This document shows, piece by piece, positions 33,215-43,222 of a stretch of 64,000 nt of DNA. Each line of letters begins with the position of its first letter. Position 1 is the stretch's first letter. The stretch comes from Escherichia coli (GTDB lineage Bacteria; Pseudomonadota; Gammaproteobacteria; Enterobacterales; Enterobacteriaceae): assembly GCF_003334335.1 (NCBI RefSeq), contig NZ_QOWQ01000019.1, one strand, 5' to 3'. A model generated the notes under the pieces. That model saw only the letters and a list, made by a program, of their open reading frames with translations, searched no databases and was not told the origin of the DNA. A program made the position numbers and the translations under genes.

Positions 33215-34297
33215 TTAGCGAATTGCTATTTCCGTTTCTGCATCAAAGAAATGACATTTCGTCATATCAAAATGAATAGTGATATTTTCTCCTGCATGAT
33301 AATCATTTAACGCACCAGCACGGACCACTAACTCGTGCCCCCCAACCGTGGTGTAGAGCATAAATTCCGCACCGGTTAATTCTGCCACGCTAATTTTGGC
33401 GGAAATGTTATTTTCCTCTTGCGCGTCCGGATGAATATCTTCCGGTCGTATTCCCATCACGATGGGCTTATGCAAACTTTCCTGTGTTTTCAGAACCGCT
33501 AATTTCTCTTCGGGAATGGTTAATTTAAGCGTTTCCGTAACGAATTTATCGCCATCGATCGTGCCGCGAATAAAATTCATCGCTGGTGATCCAATAAATC
33601 CGGAAACAAACATATTCGCGGGTTGGTTATAAACGGTTTTCGGCGCACCTACTTGCTGAACAATCCCGTCTTTCATAATCACAATCCGCGTCGCCATGGT
33701 CATCGCTTCGGTCTGATCGTGGGTCACGTAGATCATGGTGGTGTTCAGTTTCTGATGCAGCTTGCTGATCTCTGCGCGCATTTGCACGCGCAGCTTGGCA
33801 TCAAGGTTAGAGAGCGGTTCATCCATTAAAAACACGCCCGCTTCGCGTACAATCGCCCGCCCAAGCGCCACTCGCTGACGTTGCCCGCCGGAAAGCGCCT
33901 CCGGCTTACGTTTCAGGTACTCACGCAGGCCGAGAATTTGCGCCGCCCAGTTCACCCGCTCATCAATCACCTCTTTGGCGATTTTTTGCATCTTCAGACC
34001 AAACGCCATGTTGTCGTAAACCGTCATATGCGGATACAACGCGTAGTTCTGGAACACCATCGCTATATTGCGTGCTTTGGCTGGAACGTCATTCATTCGT
34101 TTGCCGTCGATCAACAGATCGCCGCCGCTGATCTCCTCAAGCCCGGCAATCATGCGCAGGGTGGTCGACTTACCGCAGCCCGACGGGCCGACAAACACGA
34201 TGAACTCTTTATCGGCAATTTCCAGGTTGAAGTCCTTCACCACATGCACCTGGTTATCGTAGATTTTTTGAATATGTTGTAACGAAAGCTGAGCCAT
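33215..34297 (-). CDS. ycjV: ABC transporter ATP-binding protein (MalK/UgpC-like), intact
   Basis: 360 aa; Walker A GPSGCGKST, ABC signature LSGGQRQR, Walker B LMDEPLSNLD; MalK-like C-terminal domain. Confidence 0.85.
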   Translation of the reverse strand: MAQLSLQHIQKIYDNQVHVVKDFNLEIADKEFIVFVGPSGCGKSTTLRMIAGLEEISGGDLLIDGKRMNDVPAKARNIAMVFQNYALYPHMTVYDNMAFGLKMQKIAKEVIDERVNWAAQILGLREYLKRKPEALSGGQRQRVALGRAIVREAGVFLMDEPLSNLDAKLRVQMRAEISKLHQKLNTTMIYVTHDQTEAMTMATRIVIMKDGIVQQVGAPKTVYNQPANMFVSGFIGSPAMNFIRGTIDGDKFVTETLKLTIPEEKLAVLKTQESLHKPIVMGIRPEDIHPDAQEENNISAKISVAELTGAEFMLYTTVGGHELVVRAGALNDYHAGENITIHFDMTKCHFFDAETEIAIR

Positions 34298-34310
34298 GTT
34301 GATTCCTTTG

Positions 34311-34970
34311 CTATACGTTTTGCCAGAAGGCCGATAACCGCGGCCAGGTGAGTGATTCCGTTGAAGGCAACAGTAATTGCGCCCCGGTTAAGCCCGCGCC
34401 GATCCCCACCGAGCGCATACCGCTGGCGTTAATGGCGTCAATGCCCGCCTGCGCATCTTCAATGCCGATACATGCCTGCGGCGGCACGCCCAGCCCTGCA
34501 CAGGCGGCGAGAAAGATTTCCGGGTCCGGTTTCGAGTTTTTAAGTTGGGAAGCATCCGCGCAGAAGGTGAAAAACTCGCGCAGCTCCAGCGCCGCTAAAA
34601 TCGTCGGCGCATTCAGGGAGACAGAAGCCAGCCCAACCGAGATCTGCTGTGCACGGAGATCTGCCAGCAAAGAGCGAATGCCGGGTAGAACAGCGTTGAC
34701 CGTCAACTCGCGTAGTGAGTGGACATAGAGCAGATTTTTGCGATACGCCAGTTGCGCCCTCTCCTGCGAGTTAAAGTCGCCCTCTTTGCCCCCGTGTTGC
34801 AGAATGCGCCGCAGAGACTCATCGCGGCTGATCCCTTTTAGGGATTCGTTAAACTGCGCATCAATGCTGATGCCAATTTCAGCGGCAATCTGCTGCCACG
34901 CCTGGAAATGCAGATGCGCGGTATCGGTGATTACACCATCCAGATCGAAAATTACCCCTTGCAGTTTCAT
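34311..34970 (-). CDS. ycjU: beta-phosphoglucomutase (HAD superfamily)
   Basis: 219 aa; HAD motif I DLDGV near the N-terminus; overlaps the ycjT stop. Confidence 0.88.
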
Positions 34971-37234
34971 TCATCCTCCTGATGTTTGGTAGCGGTCCCA
35001 TTGAAGGGCAAAATAAAATCACCCAAACAGAAAACAGATTCTTCAGCCACGGTTATAAGCTGACCGTTCAAACGCAGTGAAACGGGCGCAGAAGTTCGAA
35101 TCGCAATACGCTGCGCGTCAAGAGTGACCTGTAATTCGCAGCCCTGCCAGAACAGAGGGAAAGACAACTGTTGCCACTGCTCAGGTAACGCCGGATTGAG
35201 ATGCAATTCACCGTCACGCACGCTCACCCCGGCAAAACCCTGAATCGCCCCCAGCCAGATAGCGCCAGTTGCGGCAGCATGGATACCATCATCACAACTA
35301 TGCGGATCAGCACCAAGATCGATTTCAGTCCCCTCGCGCCAGAACTGATAACTTTGGGTCAGCAGGCCACAGCGTGCGGCAACAATGCCGTGGATTGCTT
35401 TACTTAATGACGAGTCGTGAATAGTGCGCGGTTCATAAAATTGCAGATTGGCAAGACACGATGCCGCTGAGAACTGCTCCGGCAGCATGTAATTGAGCAT
35501 CACCACATCAGCTTGTTTGAGGATCTGCATCTCGTTCACTTCTGCGCGTGAATAATCCAGCAGTATGGTTTGCTTCCCCGCCGCCGCTTTGTATTTCGCC
35601 AGATTAATCGCCGGCTTAGCCATAAACGAATCATCCTGCGGCAAAACGCCGTCGGGCTGAATTTCTGGCATCCATAGCTCTTTGAGGAACATTTCGGCGC
35701 GATGGATAAACGCATCGTCGCTACAGCCGAACTGGCGGGCAATATTCAGCGCCTGTTGAACGTTGTAGCGGGCCATATAGCTGGTGTATGCATTATTATT
35801 GACATGTTCGGTATATTCGTCTGGCCCAATAACATCATGAATTTCCAGACGATCGTTAACTCTCACCGCGCGGCTAATCCAGAACTTTGCCGTCTCCAGA
35901 AGTAGCGCCATGCCTTCATGCGCAATGAAACTTTCATCCCCCGTGGTCTGCCAGTATTGAATAACCGCCCAGGCGATATCGGCCACCAGATGATGTTCCG
36001 CCTGCGCCGAGGCCACTTTTTGCCGCAGCCCGGTGCGAATGTTAATGGCGGCAAATTCCGGCGTCTCTTCTTCGCCGCTGCGCGCGCTTTCCCACGGAAA
36101 TAGCGCGCCCTGCCAGCCGTTGCGTCGCGCTTTCTCCTGCGCGCCTGGCAAGTTGTGCCAGCGATAACGCAGTAAACTTCGGGCAACCGTCGGATCGCTA
36201 AACAGATGAAACGGTAACAAAAATACTTCTGTATCCCAGAAAACGTGGCCTTTGTAGCCTTCGCCGGTTAAGCCTTTTGCCGCAATGCTGCTGCGCTCGT
36301 CGTGGGCAGGCGTCATGATGCGCAGATGATAAAGCGCATAATCTAACGCTTGCTGATCGTGCGCTTCGCCGCCATTTACCGTGATACGACGTTTCTGCCA
36401 CCATTGACGCCAGTTTTCTGTTGATGCTGCAAGAAGTTGGTCGTAACTCTGCTGCGCGCACATTTCAAGCTGGCGAAGCGACGCGCTGCCCCACTCGTCT
36501 AAAGCAGCTTGCCTGTCATCCCGCCAGTCGATCCACACCAGTTTTTGCAACGTCATTGTCTCGCCTGCATGAAGCTGCGCACTGGTATGTTGCAGTAAAC
36601 GGCGCTCTTTGGCGGTATAGCATTGCTGCACATCACCGCTCACCTTACAGCAACAGCTGATGGCCACATCACTGCGTCCATCCTGGGTGGTGTAGCTCCC
36701 CTGCATCAGATGCTGACCAAACACCCGCACCTGGGTTTCGTCGAGATGTTGGCGACCGTGATTGGTTTGCGTGGCGTCAATGCCTGTTGAAATCAGCACT
36801 GACGCGTCGGCGTCCAGTGGCGTAATAGTGATTTCCAGCGCAATGAGCGGCAGTTGGTCTGCCGAAACAAAGCGACGGCTGGCGATGGTGTAACCTGAGC
36901 CGTTGCTGGTACGCCAGACAACATTGCGGCGTAATTCGCCACTGGCAAAGTCAAGCTCACGCTGCCAGGCTTCGTGGGATAACGAGAAAACCTCACCATT
37001 TATGGCAATCTCCATCCCCACGACATCAGGCAGGTTCACCAGTTCGTTGATTTCACCTTTTCCCGCCCGATGATACAGCCCCGCCAGATACATCCCTCGC
37101 GTCTGGCGCGTGTAATCTTCTTCATGGCTGGCGCGAAGCCCAAGATAGCCGTTCCCCTGCGCCATCAGCGATGCATACTTGTTCAGGGTATGCTGGCTGA
37201 AATGGGGTTCTGATAACGTTACTGGCCTGGTCAT
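34967..37234 (-). CDS. ycjT: glycoside hydrolase family 65 disaccharide phosphorylase (kojibiose phosphorylase)
   Basis: 755 aa; GH65 size and architecture; matches recalled YcjT. Confidence 0.88.
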
Positions 37235-38286
37235 AATTCCACACGCGTCCCTGTTTCTGCGGATTGATACAACGCCGCCACCAGTTGCTGGATGATGTAC
37301 CCCTGCTCGGCGTCGGCTATCATCACGGGCTTGCCCTGTACGTGATTGATAAAGGCTTCCATGCTGCGCAAATGGCGGTTGTCGTCTGCCATTTCCCGTT
37401 GCATCAGCGTCATTAATTCACCGTTGTTATCGGTGTAGATATGTGCTGGAAACAGCGTCGCACCAGCTTTATCACCACAAAAGCTGACGTTCATAATCGA
37501 CTGTTCGCGGATGTTGAGTGCAAATGACGTTTCCAGCCACAGAATGCCGCCGTTATGAAATTCAATGGTGCCAAACAGCGAATCTTCGACGCTGTAAGTT
37601 GCCGGATCCCACTCACCAAATTGACCACAGCTCTTTTGCGTGCCGATCTTTTGAAAGCTATGCGCATTCACGCTTTTCACCGCCGGAAAGCCCAGCACAT
37701 ACATCGCAGCATCCAGCATATGAATGCCGATGTCGATCAGCGGGCCACCACCCTGCAGTTCTTTATTGGTAAAGACACCCCAGCCGGGAACGCCGCAGCG
37801 ACGCAGGGCGCGGGCGGTGGTAACGTAAATCTCTCCCAAAACGCCGTTGGTCACCTGTTCACGCAGCTGTTGCGTATCGAGCGCAAAACGATGGTGAAAG
37901 TCGTAGGCCAGCACCTTGCCCAGTTTGCGCGCGGTATCGCACATTTCCCGCGCCTGTTCTGGCGTCATGGCGGGCGGTTTTTCGCACATCACATGGCAGC
38001 CCGCTTCCAGTGCCATCAGGGTATGTTCGTAATGAAAACGGTTAGGTGAGCAGACGCTAACCACATCAGGTTTCACCGCCAGCAGCATGGCCTGCGGATC
38101 GTCCCACACGGATGCATTCCCGTATTTTTCTGCCAGCGCCTGCGCCTGGGAAAGGCGGCTGTCACAGACAGCCACCAGTTCCAGATCGTTGCGGGTGCAG
38201 TAGTACGAAGCATGAACCTTATCCGCCACCTGGCCTGCGCCTATTATCGCGACCCGCAGCGGAGAGCTTGTCATTGCACTTTTCAC
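37231..38286 (-). CDS. ycjS: Gfo/Idh/MocA-family NAD-dependent sugar oxidoreductase
   Basis: 351 aa; N-terminal Rossmann motif (IIGAGQVADKVH); overlaps the ycjT start. Confidence 0.88.
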   Translation of the reverse strand: MKSAMTSSPLRVAIIGAGQVADKVHASYYCTRNDLELVAVCDSRLSQAQALAEKYGNASVWDDPQAMLLAVKPDVVSVCSPNRFHYEHTLMALEAGCHVMCEKPPAMTPEQAREMCDTARKLGKVLAYDFHHRFALDTQQLREQVTNGVLGEIYVTTARALRRCGVPGWGVFTNKELQGGGPLIDIGIHMLDAAMYVLGFPAVKSVNAHSFQKIGTQKSCGQFGEWDPATYSVEDSLFGTIEFHNGGILWLETSFALNIREQSIMNVSFCGDKAGATLFPAHIYTDNNGELMTLMQREMADDNRHLRSMEAFINHVQGKPVMIADAEQGYIIQQLVAALYQSAETGTRVEL

Positions 38287-38295
38287 AAAGACCTC

Positions 38296-39084
38296 TTAGC
38301 AGGTACGCAACCAGGCCAACGAATCACGGTACGCCTGGGCAGGATCTTCCGCCCGGATACGCCCTTCGTACACTACATAGCCCTGATAGTTATCCGCGCG
38401 CAGCTGTTCAAACAGCGCGTGGAAATCCAGGGTGCCGCTGCCCGGCTGGTAGCGATGGTTATCCGCAATATGCACATGACCGAGCAGGTCGCGGTTGTCA
38501 TGCAGCGCCTGCGCCAGGTTATCTTCTTCGATATTCATGTGATAGAAATCGCCGATAATCTGTACATGTTTAAGATCGTTTTCGACGATGTAACGGCGGG
38601 CATCGGCGAGGGTGTTGATCATATGATCCTGATAGCGGTTTAACGGTTCGAGATACACCACGGTTCCGGTACGCGCGGCGACCTGTTCCAGTACGCGCAG
38701 GGAATCACTCACCATTTTGCGGTCGCCGTCCAGGCTACGCGGCGAGGTCATCGGCGGTAAGCGGAAGGTAAACATGCCCCACGCAGCCGGAACGACGATG
38801 CCTTTACCGCCCACTTCTGCCAGCGCTTCGAGAATGCGCTCGATCTGCTTTAAGCCATTAAGACGACGCTCTTCGATAAAGTCGCCAATCCATCCGTCAT
38901 AGCCACCGCAGGCGGTGGTCACCGGTAAACCGGTTTCTTTGATCGCCGCTTTGACTTCTTCGATGTTGTTAACCAGCAGTTTGCCGTCAATCTCAAAACC
39001 ATCGAAGCCCATCTCTTTGATATAACGAAATTTCTCCAGAATGTTTTCCGGAAAGAACGCCTGATTCTGTGTGCCGATTTTCAT
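38296..39084 (-). CDS. ycjR: sugar-phosphate isomerase/epimerase (xylose-isomerase-like TIM barrel)
   Basis: 262 aa from ATG 39084 (MKIGTQNQAFFPEN); an alternative ATG lies 3 codons upstream at 39093. Confidence 0.85.
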   Translation of the reverse strand: MKIGTQNQAFFPENILEKFRYIKEMGFDGFEIDGKLLVNNIEEVKAAIKETGLPVTTACGGYDGWIGDFIEERRLNGLKQIERILEALAEVGGKGIVVPAAWGMFTFRLPPMTSPRSLDGDRKMVSDSLRVLEQVAARTGTVVYLEPLNRYQDHMINTLADARRYIVENDLKHVQIIGDFYHMNIEEDNLAQALHDNRDLLGHVHIADNHRYQPGSGTLDFHALFEQLRADNYQGYVVYEGRIRAEDPAQAYRDSLAWLRTC

Positions 39085-39102
39085 TTTTTTCATTCCTTTG
39101 AA

Positions 39103-40155
39103 TTAAAACGTAACGCCCATTTTGATGCTCTGTTCCGGATGCTGGTCGACATACTGCATATAGCTTTCCGGGCTATTGGCAAAGGTCACCACCGGGTCGA
39201 TTAAATCTTCGCAATTGAGATAACCGTTCATCAGCAGTTCCCAACAGGTTTCTTCAATACGCTTGCGGCTCCAGCGCGGATAATCCGGGTTCGGTTCGCT
39301 GCACGCGCGAGAGAAGACAATTTTGGCGTTATTGAAATGCGCTTCGCGTCCGAGGTTAAAACCTTCGGCAAACGGCTTGGCAAACGCGACATAGGAGATG
39401 GTGCCGCCATAAGCCAGACCGCGGAGCGCCGATTGCAGCGCGTCGGCGTAGCCGCTGGTTTCGATAATCACATCGGCACCCTGCTTGCCGGTCAGCGTTT
39501 TGATCTCTTTACCTACATCAGTGCCGATGGGGTTAAGGCAGAAATCCGCGCCGTGGCGACGGGCAATATCACAGCGATGGGCGATAGGATCGACGCCAAT
39601 CACCACAGAAGCGCCAGCGCGTTTAGCCAGTTGGATGGCAATTTGACCGATTGCGCCAAGCCCTACCACCACCACAAAATCCCCTACGCGCACGTTGGCA
39701 TCGCGCACGCCGCTCATGGCAAACTGCGCCGGGTCGTAGCAGACGGCGTTTTTCCAGGAGCTGCCTTGCGGCATTTTGCGCAGCTTGTAGTTATTCACTG
39801 CGTTAATGATGACCGTCTCGGAGAGCGGGCCGTAGCCGCATACGCTGTCGCCCACCGCGTAGTCGGTAACGTCGCTGCCGCACTCGATAATGTCGCCAAC
39901 CACCATGTTGCCAAGCTGGAATTTGCCAAACTCAATGCCGCGCGGCGCATCTGCCGGACGCGGAGTGAACATCTGCCATTCGCCGTTAAAGTCTTCATCA
40001 ATAAACGGGCTGGCGGCGCGGAAGTCGACCACTTCCGTTCCGTGTTTCGGTGCGCCGAAACGCACGCGGATCTTCACTTCATTAGCTAAAATCGCCCGAT
40101 CTTCATACTCAACCAGCGCAGCAACACGCGGTGCTGTGGCTACTAACTTTTTCAT
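39103..40155 (-). CDS. ycjQ: zinc-dependent medium-chain alcohol/sugar dehydrogenase
   Basis: 350 aa; MDR-family GxGxxG (VVVGLGAIGQIA). Confidence 0.88.
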   Translation of the reverse strand: MKKLVATAPRVAALVEYEDRAILANEVKIRVRFGAPKHGTEVVDFRAASPFIDEDFNGEWQMFTPRPADAPRGIEFGKFQLGNMVVGDIIECGSDVTDYAVGDSVCGYGPLSETVIINAVNNYKLRKMPQGSSWKNAVCYDPAQFAMSGVRDANVRVGDFVVVVGLGAIGQIAIQLAKRAGASVVIGVDPIAHRCDIARRHGADFCLNPIGTDVGKEIKTLTGKQGADVIIETSGYADALQSALRGLAYGGTISYVAFAKPFAEGFNLGREAHFNNAKIVFSRACSEPNPDYPRWSRKRIEETCWELLMNGYLNCEDLIDPVVTFANSPESYMQYVDQHPEQSIKMGVTF

Positions 40156-40185
40156 TTAAAACTCCTTGTAAAGAAACTGGCCGCT

Positions 40186-41028
40186 TTAGCCCTTCACGCC
40201 ACCGGCGGTCAAACCACTCTTAATAAAACGTTCCGAAAGCGCATACATAATCACCACCGGCAATGCGGTCACCAGTGAGGCCGCCATCATCCGTCCCCAG
40301 ATGTAATCTGGCGTACTGAACAGCGCGTTCAGGCCCACAGGTAAGGTGAAATTGCTGGCGCTGGAGAGGAAAATCGACGCAAACAGATAGTCGTTCCACG
40401 CCACCATAAAGCAGTAGACGAACACGGATATCAGCCCGGACATCGCCAACGGCACGGTGATGCGGAAGATAATTTGCAGACGGTTGAGGCCATCCATCAT
40501 CGCCGCTTCTTCGATCTCATCGGGGATGGTGTCGAAGTAGCTTTTCAGCATAAACACGGCGGTGGGCAGAGTTTGCGTCACCATGGTGATGATCAGCGCC
40601 ATCTCAGTGTCGTAAATGCCAAGCGCGGTGATGATTTTGAAAAGCGGCACCACCAGCAAAATGCCAGAGAACATATACACCGTGTAAAAGCTGGCGTTGA
40701 TGGTCATCCGACCTTTAAAGCGCAGGCGGGAAAGCGCGTAAGCCCCAAGAATGCCGAGGAATACCGCCACCACGGATGAAACCACAGACACCACCAGACT
40801 GTTACGGAAGTAGTCGACAAACGGGAAAATCATCGGGTTAAAAATGTCGACGTAATGCTCCAGCGTCCACTGCTGCGGCAGCAGCGTAGGATGCAGTGAG
40901 ATCGCCTCTTTCGCGCCCTTGAACGAGGTCATCAGCATCACAAAAAATGGAAACAGCGTGATGATGAGAAACAGCGCCAGCTCGCAGTAAAAACCGATGC
41001 GACTGAGTGTGCGTTTATTTGTTGCCAT
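40186..41028 (-). CDS. ycjP: ABC sugar transporter permease
   Basis: 280 aa; multi-pass membrane protein with binding-protein-dependent-transport EAA-like loop (EEAAMMDGLNRLQIFFRITVP). Confidence 0.88.
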   Translation of the reverse strand: MATNKRTLSRIGFYCELALFLIITLFPFFVMLMTSFKGAKEAISLHPTLLPQQWTLEHYVDIFNPMIFPFVDYFRNSLVVSVVSSVVAVFLGILGAYALSRLRFKGRMTINASFYTVYMFSGILLVVPLFKIITALGIYDTEMALIITMVTQTLPTAVFMLKSYFDTIPDEIEEAAMMDGLNRLQIIFRITVPLAMSGLISVFVYCFMVAWNDYLFASIFLSSASNFTLPVGLNALFSTPDYIWGRMMAASLVTALPVVIMYALSERFIKSGLTAGGVKG

Positions 41029-41896
41029 TGAGGTTCACCCGTTTCCTGGTCAGCAGAATGACAGCGAAAATAATGATGAAGAGCACCACCGAGATCGCCG
41101 CCGCTTTTCCTAAATCATTAAAGGCAAAGGCGGTTTTGTAGAGATATACACCGAGAATATCGACCTTGGTCGTCAGCAAATAAACATCCGCGAACATGTA
41201 GAACATCCAGATGGTGCGCAGTGTCACCACCGTCGCCAGGACCGGCATAATTGCGGGCAGCGTGACGATACGAAACCGTTGCCAGGCATTAGCGCCATCC
41301 ATCTCTGCCGCTTCGTACAGCGATTTGTCGATGGTCTGCAAAATCGCCAGAAACGAGATAAAGGCATACGGGAAGTAGCGCCAGATGGCGAACAGCACCA
41401 CCAGCACAAAGCTACTGCCCGGATTATCGAACCACAGCGGTGCCTGCTCATAGAGATGCAGAAGATCGACGCCGAGGTAGTTAACAATGCCGTAGCCGTT
41501 GTTGAACATGTATTTCCAGGCGAACACCAGCGAAATGGACGGCGTTACGTAGGAGAGGATCACCAGCGAACGCGCGGTTTTGCGCAGGCGGAACTCGCGG
41601 TTGAAAAACATCGCCACCGCCAGCCCGAGCACGGTGCTGCCCGCCACCACCAGCGCGGTATACCAGACCGTCATCCACAGCGAATGCCAGAAGCCGGGAT
41701 CGGAGAGGATACGCACATAGTTGCTCACCCCAACAAACGTTGACTCGATGTTGGGATTGAGCGGCAGACGTAAAAAACTGATTTCGATATTCGACACCAT
41801 CGGCCACGCCACCAGACCGCCCAGCAGTAATAAGCTGGGCGCGAGAAGCAGCAGCGCAAAGGGCATATCGGAACGACCTGAAAAAAGCCTGTTCAT
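41015..41896 (-). CDS. ycjO: ABC sugar transporter permease
   Basis: 293 aa; EAA loop (YEAAEMDGANAWQRFRIVTLP); overlaps the ycjP start. Confidence 0.88.
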   Translation of the reverse strand: MNRLFSGRSDMPFALLLLAPSLLLLGGLVAWPMVSNIEISFLRLPLNPNIESTFVGVSNYVRILSDPGFWHSLWMTVWYTALVVAGSTVLGLAVAMFFNREFRLRKTARSLVILSYVTPSISLVFAWKYMFNNGYGIVNYLGVDLLHLYEQAPLWFDNPGSSFVLVVLFAIWRYFPYAFISFLAILQTIDKSLYEAAEMDGANAWQRFRIVTLPAIMPVLATVVTLRTIWMFYMFADVYLLTTKVDILGVYLYKTAFAFNDLGKAAAISVVLFIIIFAVILLTRKRVNLNGNK

Positions 41897-41916
41897 TGCG
41901 GATTCCTGTCCTGGGT

Positions 41917-43209
41917 TTAGTGCTGTTCGATCAGTTCATCCAGTTTTTTCTGGCTCGCTTGCAGCGTAGTAGAGAGATCGGCTTTACCCACGGTGACGTT
42001 ATGCACCATTGAACTCACCACGCCAGAACCCGTCACATCACCCATGCGGGTAAAGTTTTTATCCCCTACTGCGCCAAAAACCTGAATATTTGGCAGTTCA
42101 CCGATTAGCTGATTCGGTAGTTCACCCAGCGCCTTAATAACGTCGTTGTCTTTCCAGGTGGCGGTAGTCACCACCGCTTTATTCACCGGCAGCGCAGCAC
42201 CTGGCGACATCATCACCCAGTCGGCAATGTTGTCTGCCTGCTCCATAAAGGTGACAAATTTTTCTGCTGCTTCCGTCTCTTCGGTCTTTTGCCCGGCGGT
42301 AATGGTCAGCGAGGTCAACATGCCGTAGACCGCAGAGTTTTTCTCGGTTGGCACCACGAAACCGACGTTTTTCGGGTCGCCTTCTTTAATCACAGCCGGA
42401 AGGATATAGGTGGAGTAAATCGCCATCGGCGCGGTGCCGTTCATAAAGGCGTCTTTCACTTCCATGATGTCGTTAGAACCCGGCATAGTGTTGGCAGCAA
42501 GGTCGCGGTAATAGGTCAGTGCCTGCATCATCTCTGGTGTATCAAGGGTGATTTTGCCTTCGGCGTTAAAGACGTTAGCCTGGTTGGATAACGCAAACTG
42601 GGAGAAGGATTGTTCCGTCAACACGCTTTCTGCTGTAGGCAGCGCAATGCCGTATTTTTTATTCGCCGGGTCATTCAGTTTCTGTGCAACGTCCAGCAGC
42701 TGTTGCCAGTTTTTCGGCTCCTCAAGCCCCGCTTTTGCCAGCACATCTTTGCGATACCAGATACCGCCAATCCAGGCGCTGACAGGAACACCGGTCCATG
42801 CGCTACCATCTTCGGTACGCACAATACGCAGTACGCCATCGTAAAACGCGCCTTCACCAACGTTGCTGATGACTGTGGCAACCGCTTTGCGATCGATAAG
42901 CTGCTCTTTGTCCATCACTTTGGCGTAGTCATGGCTGGTTTCGATCACTTCCGGCAGCGAACCGCTACGTGAAAGAGTAATGACTTTAGTGTTATAGGCA
43001 TCTTCTTCCACGGGCACTTGCTTAACGGTGATGCCAGGGTTTTCTTTTTCAAAACGGGCAATCAATTTACTGATAACGGCCTGGCGCTCCTGCTCCACCG
43101 AAGAATGCATAAATTCGATGGATACATTCGTTTTATTTTCTTCTTTACAGCCTGAAATCAGGGCGCATGAAACCAGTGCTGATAACAGCACGATTTTTGA
43201 TTTAATCAT
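41917..43209 (-). CDS. ycjN: periplasmic sugar-binding protein of the ABC transporter
   Basis: 430 aa; lipoprotein-like signal peptide ending LISGC. Confidence 0.88.
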   Translation of the reverse strand: MIKSKIVLLSALVSCALISGCKEENKTNVSIEFMHSSVEQERQAVISKLIARFEKENPGITVKQVPVEEDAYNTKVITLSRSGSLPEVIETSHDYAKVMDKEQLIDRKAVATVISNVGEGAFYDGVLRIVRTEDGSAWTGVPVSAWIGGIWYRKDVLAKAGLEEPKNWQQLLDVAQKLNDPANKKYGIALPTAESVLTEQSFSQFALSNQANVFNAEGKITLDTPEMMQALTYYRDLAANTMPGSNDIMEVKDAFMNGTAPMAIYSTYILPAVIKEGDPKNVGFVVPTEKNSAVYGMLTSLTITAGQKTEETEAAEKFVTFMEQADNIADWVMMSPGAALPVNKAVVTTATWKDNDVIKALGELPNQLIGELPNIQVFGAVGDKNFTRMGDVTGSGVVSSMVHNVTVGKADLSTTLQASQKKLDELIEQH

Positions 43210-43222
43210 GAGATGTTCCTTT

